From: Candidatus Nomurabacteria bacterium
GTDB taxonomy: Bacteria > Patescibacteriota > Minisyncoccia > Phycocordibacterales > UBA918
Length of the DNA: 64,000 bases
Assembly: GCA_023898585.1 (NCBI GenBank)
Contig: CP060229.1
Location: forward strand, 790,587 to 854,586
Direction of reading: 5' to 3'
In this document: piece after piece, positions 59,482 to 64,000 of the stretch
How the letters are laid out: every line of letters begins with the position of its first letter
How positions within the stretch are numbered: the stretch's first letter is position 1
The notes under the pieces: generated by a model
What the model was told of the DNA's origin: nothing
The model's database searches: none
What the model saw: the letters and a program-made list of their open reading frames with translations, nothing else
Program-made: the position numbers and the translations under genes

Positions 59482-59550
59482 ACAAATAAATCGCCATTTA
59501 CAACAAAGCCAACCCCTCATTCATTCAGATGAAGAGGATTTAATGTTGAA

Positions 59551-60093
59551 TTACTTTATAGCTAAGAGTTCAATGGAAAAGACAAGTGTGGCTCCGCCTG
59601 GTATCGGGCCTACTCCATTGTCCCCGTATGCCATATCGGAAGGAATAATGAGAATTCTTTGACCTCCCACCTTCATCCCGACGAGACCTTTGTCCCAACC
59701 CTCGATCACCATACCTTTACCAACGATGAATTCAAAAGGGTCCCCTCTCTTTTTTGAATTATCGAATTCTTGCCCGTTTTGGAGAGTTCCAACATAATGA
59801 ACCGATACCGTGTCTCCTTTCTTCACCTCGTCTCCCACGCCCAATTTAACATCGTCTATCACCATACTATTTATGTTTCCTCTATCATCACTGGCTTGTA
59901 AGTAAGCGTCCACTCTAGCTCTTTCAGTATTCTCTGATTGTTCCACAATCACCACGCCCGGTGCTTGGCTACTTATGACGTTACCGGCTTGGTTGCCTCC
60001 TGAAAAAGAAGACTGGACCTGCACCAGATAAATAGCAACCGCCATCAAAAGCACACTTATACCAGCACCAAATAATTCAAATTTATTAAACAT
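59551..60093 (-). CDS. FKBP-type peptidyl-prolyl cis-trans isomerase, membrane-anchored
   Basis: N-terminal TM helix and an FKBP domain (GDTVSVHYVGTL.NG.EFD...GWDKGLVGMKVGG). Confidence 0.8.
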   Translation of the reverse strand: MFNKFELFGAGISVLLMAVAIYLVQVQSSFSGGNQAGNVISSQAPGVVIVEQSENTERARVDAYLQASDDRGNINSMVIDDVKLGVGDEVKKGDTVSVHYVGTLQNGQEFDNSKKRGDPFEFIVGKGMVIEGWDKGLVGMKVGGQRILIIPSDMAYGDNGVGPIPGGATLVFSIELLAIK

Positions 60094-60108
60094 ATCTTTT
60101 AAGTATTA

Positions 60109-61248
60109 CTAGTCCATCATAGCTATTTTTGATGAAGTTGCAACAAGAATGTTCAAAGGAATGACCCCAGCTTTAATATAATCTTGCAATTTAGGATCGC
60201 TTTTTAGAGCTAAGGCAGAAAGAAATTCGCTGTGTTTTTTCTCCTTCATGTAGGTCGGTTGTGACAAATTATCCAAACTGGTAACAGGGACCAGCGAAAT
60301 CACTGCTTGATCCAGAAAATCCAAATTTAGCAAAAGACCGGTTTGCACCTCTTCGGAGAAGTACTGATCAAATATGTAGTTACCCAACGAATAAAATATC
60401 AAGGTGTTTTTATAGTAACCGACTTCTTGAACCACGTGGGGATGGTGGCCAATGATCATATCCGCTCCGGCGTCTATAAACAACCTCGCTAATTCCTTTT
60501 GTGAATTGTTACTCACTGACGCATACTCATCTCCCCAGTGGATGTAGACAATTTGAAAATCACTTTGCCGTGAGGCTGATTTTAAGACACTTTTAATTTC
60601 GGACACAGTTGGTTCACTGTTGAGAGCGGAAACAGCGATGATGGCTACCTTTGATTCTTGTAAAGAAATATAGGAAATGGATTCCGAACTAATTTTTCGC
60701 GGATGACCCAAAGTTAAAATACCGTTAGTATTTAAGGCAATTCTTGTGTTCTCGAACCCCTCTTTCTTGTTGTCGAAACTGTGATTATTAGCCAAGGAGA
60801 AATGCGTAAAACCTGCTCTGACTGCTGGTGTTAACATTGATTTATCAACCGAAAAGTTCATAGCAAGCGGTTTGGTGGGGATATGAACTTCGGGGACTGA
60901 GGCTTCAAAGTTGCCAAACACGTAGGGTTTTTGAGAAAAATCTTTAAAACTCAAGCCACTGAAGGGATAATCCAAATCCTTGTTCTTCATTAAAGATTCA
61001 ATGTTTCTAGCGAGAAGTACATCACCGGTGAAGACTACGGAAGTATGCAACTCGTTCGGTATTGAAGTAAGGTCTACTGGCAAGGGTCTCGCAATTTTGT
61101 TGCTTTCAGATGTGAAGATGGGCTTTATTTCATCAATAAAACCGAAACTTGTTTCGTGAAAAGAAAAATTATAACCGTCCAAGTTGAGTAGAAGAAAAAC
61201 CAGTAGACATGTCCCTAGACCCAGAATTAATTTTTGAACTACAGCCAT
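60109..61248 (-). CDS. CapA-family (poly-gamma-glutamate synthesis-type) metallophosphoesterase
   Basis: VVFTGDVLLARNIE and FTHFSLANNHSFD are metallophosphatase motifs characteristic of PGA_cap. Confidence 0.7.
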   Translation of the reverse strand: MAVVQKLILGLGTCLLVFLLLNLDGYNFSFHETSFGFIDEIKPIFTSESNKIARPLPVDLTSIPNELHTSVVFTGDVLLARNIESLMKNKDLDYPFSGLSFKDFSQKPYVFGNFEASVPEVHIPTKPLAMNFSVDKSMLTPAVRAGFTHFSLANNHSFDNKKEGFENTRIALNTNGILTLGHPRKISSESISYISLQESKVAIIAVSALNSEPTVSEIKSVLKSASRQSDFQIVYIHWGDEYASVSNNSQKELARLFIDAGADMIIGHHPHVVQEVGYYKNTLIFYSLGNYIFDQYFSEEVQTGLLLNLDFLDQAVISLVPVTSLDNLSQPTYMKEKKHSEFLSALALKSDPKLQDYIKAGVIPLNILVATSSKIAMMD

Positions 61249-61664
61249 TTTATCGGAAACCCAACTACGGGATGAAAAATTCCCATCTGATTAAGGTACA
61301 TGTAAAACAAAATTCCCGAAGTGGCAACTACAACCGATAACAACCAAATTATAAATTGGTAAACTAAAGGCAACTCTCGACTTTGGGAGCGTAGAGCGAT
61401 AGTTTCATCAATGTCTGCGTCTATACCAAGTAATTTGGATATTTCCTCGGAATTCAATGCTTCGTTTGAACGAAAAACTTTATGTAAGCCTTCCACACGA
61501 GTTTTCCTTGTCTTAATATCCTCGCGCAAAACCATAATGGCCGTATCAGCTTCATCTTTGCTATATCGGGCACTGAGAAGAACAGAGCGAATAATTTCGT
61601 TTGACGAGCCGGGAGCCACCCCGTTTACTTTCAAAATGGTTTCTATGTGTTCGCGATTAATCAT
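61239..61664 (-). CDS. hypothetical protein with C-terminal TM helix
   Basis: 141 aa, overlapping neighbours by 10 nt and 4 nt in the same operon. Confidence 0.35.
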   Translation of the reverse strand: MINREHIETILKVNGVAPGSSNEIIRSVLLSARYSKDEADTAIMVLREDIKTRKTRVEGLHKVFRSNEALNSEEISKLLGIDADIDETIALRSQSRELPLVYQFIIWLLSVVVATSGILFYMYLNQMGIFHPVVGFPIKWL

Positions 61665-62710
61665 GATTCATCAGTTCGGACTATCGGTTTCTCGTTAATT
61701 ATATACTGGTTGTACATCTCAAGTAAGACTATGAAGAGGGTTACTACCACTGGACCGACGATAAATCCGATCGGGCCGAAAAGAGAAATACCACCGAGAA
61801 CGGAAATAAGGATTATGAACGGATGTAACTTGTTGCCTCGGCTTATGAGATAGGGTCCGATCAGGTTATCAACCAGTCCGACCAGTAACATCGACCAAGT
61901 TAAAAGCCCGATGGCGTTAAATAAGTCGCCGGTGAAAAAGTGATAGATTATTGCCGGTGCTGTTACTATTGTGGTGCCGATACCCGGTATTAAAGCACCG
62001 ACCGCGGCGATTGAACCGTACAGAATCGCTCTGTTTACATCAAAGATGGTAAAACCGATTGCGACTAAGGTACCTTGTATCAACGCGACCAAGAGTGTGC
62101 CGGTCGCTACCGATCGTACCGCTCTTGCCATACGGCCGAGAATGATCGCATCTTCCTTGTCCGGTAAAGGACTCGCTTTCACTACCAGTTTAAGCATCTC
62201 TTTTCCGTCTCTGAAGAAGTAAAAACAACCAATTAGTGAAATAAAGAAAATAAAAATAGTTGATACTGTACCGGCGAAAATCGCTCCTAGATTACCGGTT
62301 AACCACTCGGCACTGCGCTTTATTTGGTCGGCCAGATTGATTTCAAAACCCGGGACATATTGTTGAATTTTTGCTTCTAAGACTGTCAGGTTGGGTTGGA
62401 TTGAAAGCCCTCCAGTATCAAGATCTTGATAAAAATTTACTATTTCTTTAACAACCAAAGAGGATATTAAAATTAGCGGTATGACAATTACTGTCAAAAC
62501 AATCATGGTGGTAACAAAAGCAGCGATTGACTTGTTTTCTTTAGGAACAAGTTTTCTGATTTTTTCATAAAGAGGGTTGCAAATAGTCACGATAATAATC
62601 GACAGCGCGAGGGTGCTGATGAAGGGTGAAATAATTTGCCAGACCATATATCCGGCAAAAACTAAAAGTCCAAAGAAGAAAGCGTATTCGACAATTCTGC
62701 TTAATTTCAT
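61661..62710 (-). CDS. AI-2E family transporter (PerM-like)
   Basis: 349 aa with about 8 TM helices and an AI-2E-like topology, including a conserved central cytoplasmic loop. Confidence 0.7.
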   Translation of the reverse strand: MKLSRIVEYAFFFGLLVFAGYMVWQIISPFISTLALSIIIVTICNPLYEKIRKLVPKENKSIAAFVTTMIVLTVIVIPLILISSLVVKEIVNFYQDLDTGGLSIQPNLTVLEAKIQQYVPGFEINLADQIKRSAEWLTGNLGAIFAGTVSTIFIFFISLIGCFYFFRDGKEMLKLVVKASPLPDKEDAIILGRMARAVRSVATGTLLVALIQGTLVAIGFTIFDVNRAILYGSIAAVGALIPGIGTTIVTAPAIIYHFFTGDLFNAIGLLTWSMLLVGLVDNLIGPYLISRGNKLHPFIILISVLGGISLFGPIGFIVGPVVVTLFIVLLEMYNQYIINEKPIVRTDES

Positions 62711-63043
62711 GCTGATTATTATACAGTATTAATTTGTAATACTAAAAAGCCTGCGTGTGTGCAGGCTTTCACTTTTTAAATTTTTTCTTTGAGCTGTGTT
62801 TGAGACACAAGAGCCGCTGTTTCCACTACCTTTAGTGTTTCTCTGGCAGCATTATCTAGTGCCTCGAAGGCGGAGCCAAAGAACTTTGACAGTCCCCAAA
62901 GAACTATCAGTAACCCTATCGCGTTTCTCATATTTTTATGTTGCAAACCTAGGCTTCGACTCGAACGAAGCTCCAAATAATATGGAAGGGTTGCGATAGA
63001 GGAACTTCTCCACTTTCTATAACATACAACAAATATGATAAGT

Positions 63044-63082
63044 TGTAAAACCTGTCGGGTGGGTGCGAGGCACCCACCCGAC
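63044..63082 (-). terminator. rho-independent terminator
   Basis: GTCGGGTGGGTG-CGAGG-CACCCACCCGAC is a 12-bp stem followed by TTTT on the minus strand. Confidence 0.5.
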
Positions 63083-63123
63083 AACAAAGTGAGTCTTGCA
63101 CTTTTGGTTTAACAGGGTTACAT

Positions 63124-63309
63124 TCATAATTCTTTCTTTATTGTGGATCGTCGAAGAGCAATAGTTTCGGTGATTTCTTGCAATAAATTTTGAGCTTGTT
63201 TCAGCATTTCATAAAACTTTTCAGGTGATGGATTTTTTCCACCGGCGTACACCCCGGCAACTTTGATGTTGCCTACGACTCCCTCAATTTGTCTTTTTGC
63301 ATCTAGCAA
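63124..63309 (-). CDS. hypothetical small protein
   Basis: 61 aa, between terminators. No recognisable motif. Confidence 0.3.
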   Translation of the reverse strand: MLDAKRQIEGVVGNIKVAGVYAGGKNPSPEKFYEMLKQAQNLLQEITETIALRRSTIKKEL

Positions 63310-63410
63310 ATACTTGATCGTCTCGTCTTCCGTTTTATTGCCTCACTGGTAGCTTACCTTAATTAATTATGCACAAGTGGGAGTCGAATTCAATGCAGTC
63401 GAGCAGTTAT

Positions 63411-63436
63411 AACAAAAAGCCACAGCGTGGCTTTTT
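63411..63436 (-). terminator. rho-independent terminator of the rplM-rpsI operon
   Basis: AAAAGCCAC-AGC-GTGGCTTTT forms a hairpin immediately downstream of the rpsI stop. Confidence 0.55.
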
Positions 63437-63467
63437 GTTTAAGAATGTATGTCCAAAAAAGTAAATA

Positions 63468-63878
63468 CTATCTTTTTGACCAAGCTGCTTGTTTGCGAGC
63501 TTTTCTGAGACCGAACTTCTTACGTTCAACTGACCGTGGATCGCGTTTGAGGAATCCACTTATTTTGAGAGGACTACGACGTGAAGACTTTTCTTTAACG
63601 AGTGCTCTTGCGATTCCTAGTCGAATAGCCTCCGCTTGGGCTGAAATTCCACCTCCAATTACTTTAACAGTAATGGTGTAATCTTCAATACCGGCATTTT
63701 CTGTCTTTAATACAGATTGGACGTTGCTCTGCTGTGATTCATTACCGAAAAATTCGTTCAGTGCCTTTCCGTTAATGGTTATCTCGGTGTTCGTCGCCGG
63801 CGTAAGTCGTACGCGAGCGGTCGCTGTCTTACGACGGCCGATTCCTTCCACAAAAGTTGTTTTCTTTGTTGCTGACAT
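63468..63878 (-). CDS. rpsI: 30S ribosomal protein S9
   Basis: GRRKTATARVRL...GGGISAQAEAIRLGIARAL...LKRDPRSVERKKFG. Confidence 0.9.
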   Translation of the reverse strand: MSATKKTTFVEGIGRRKTATARVRLTPATNTEITINGKALNEFFGNESQQSNVQSVLKTENAGIEDYTITVKVIGGGISAQAEAIRLGIARALVKEKSSRRSPLKISGFLKRDPRSVERKKFGLRKARKQAAWSKR

Positions 63879-63883
63879 AGTGA

Positions 63884-64000
63884 TTACTCAATAATTATTA
63901 GCTGTTTTAAAAGACGACTCTTGTGTTTATTACTAGGCAACATACCAGCGATCGTTTTTCTCACAACTTCAGCATATCCAAGTCGCTCACCTAAGTGCTC
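63884..64000 (-). CDS. rplM: 50S ribosomal protein L13 (partial, 3' end only; continues beyond window)
   Basis: The C-terminal peptide …GYAEVVRKTIAGMLPSNKHKSRLLKQL matches L13, and it lies 5 nt upstream of rpsI. Confidence 0.7.
   Translation of the reverse strand, partial: EHLGERLGYAEVVRKTIAGMLPSNKHKSRLLKQLIIIE

Overview
This is a low-GC, gene-dense bacterial window with short intergenic regions and basic low-complexity tails on housekeeping proteins. The gene content is consistent with a small-genome (CPR/Patescibacteria-like) organism, but that taxonomic placement is my inference and is not verifiable here. The outer parts are housekeeping: a grpE-dnaK-dnaJ operon, secG, RNase J, a FAD-linked oxidase, and on the right ddl, uvrC, uvrA, a two-component system, uvrB, tgt, an FKBP isomerase, CapA, an AI-2E transporter and rpsI-rplM. 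The central ~31 kb (about 12.18-43.6 kb) starts at the 3' end of a tRNA-Glu(CUC) gene and looks like a mosaic accessory/defence island. In that island I could identify the following from the sequence itself. (1) Two large serine recombinases sit in two abutting segments, each bounded by long near-perfect inverted repeats (124 bp and 226 bp). The three segment boundaries share a 7-bp core, TCACAAA/TTTGTGA. One segment carries an HTH regulator and a secreted beta-helix/PKD/peptidoglycan-binding surface protein. (2) An integrative-element-like operon follows: a Rep_trans-like initiator with a RVFYDK motif, unknown 630-aa and 86-aa proteins, and an excisionase-family HTH. (3) A Type III restriction-modification pair (mod + res). 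(4) A complete diversity-generating retroelement: the reverse transcriptase has the IGxxxSQ motif, Avd is present, a 111-bp template repeat (TR) and variable repeat (VR) pair shows 10 mismatches all at TR adenines, and the target gene has its VR at the C-terminus. (5) A Cys-rich small protein paired with a protein carrying an Rx4H (HEPN) motif; a DUF2779-like two-nuclease protein; and a 1424-aa DUF4011-like/SF1-helicase/Vsr-endonuclease (Hhe-like) protein. (6) An HTH-Panacea(DUF4065) antitoxin-like gene with an unknown partner. (7) Two RAYT (REP-associated tyrosine transposase) paralogues with REP-like hairpin repeats bracketing a BNR/FN3 protein, abutting a truncated IS3 remnant. No CRISPR array or rRNA was found.
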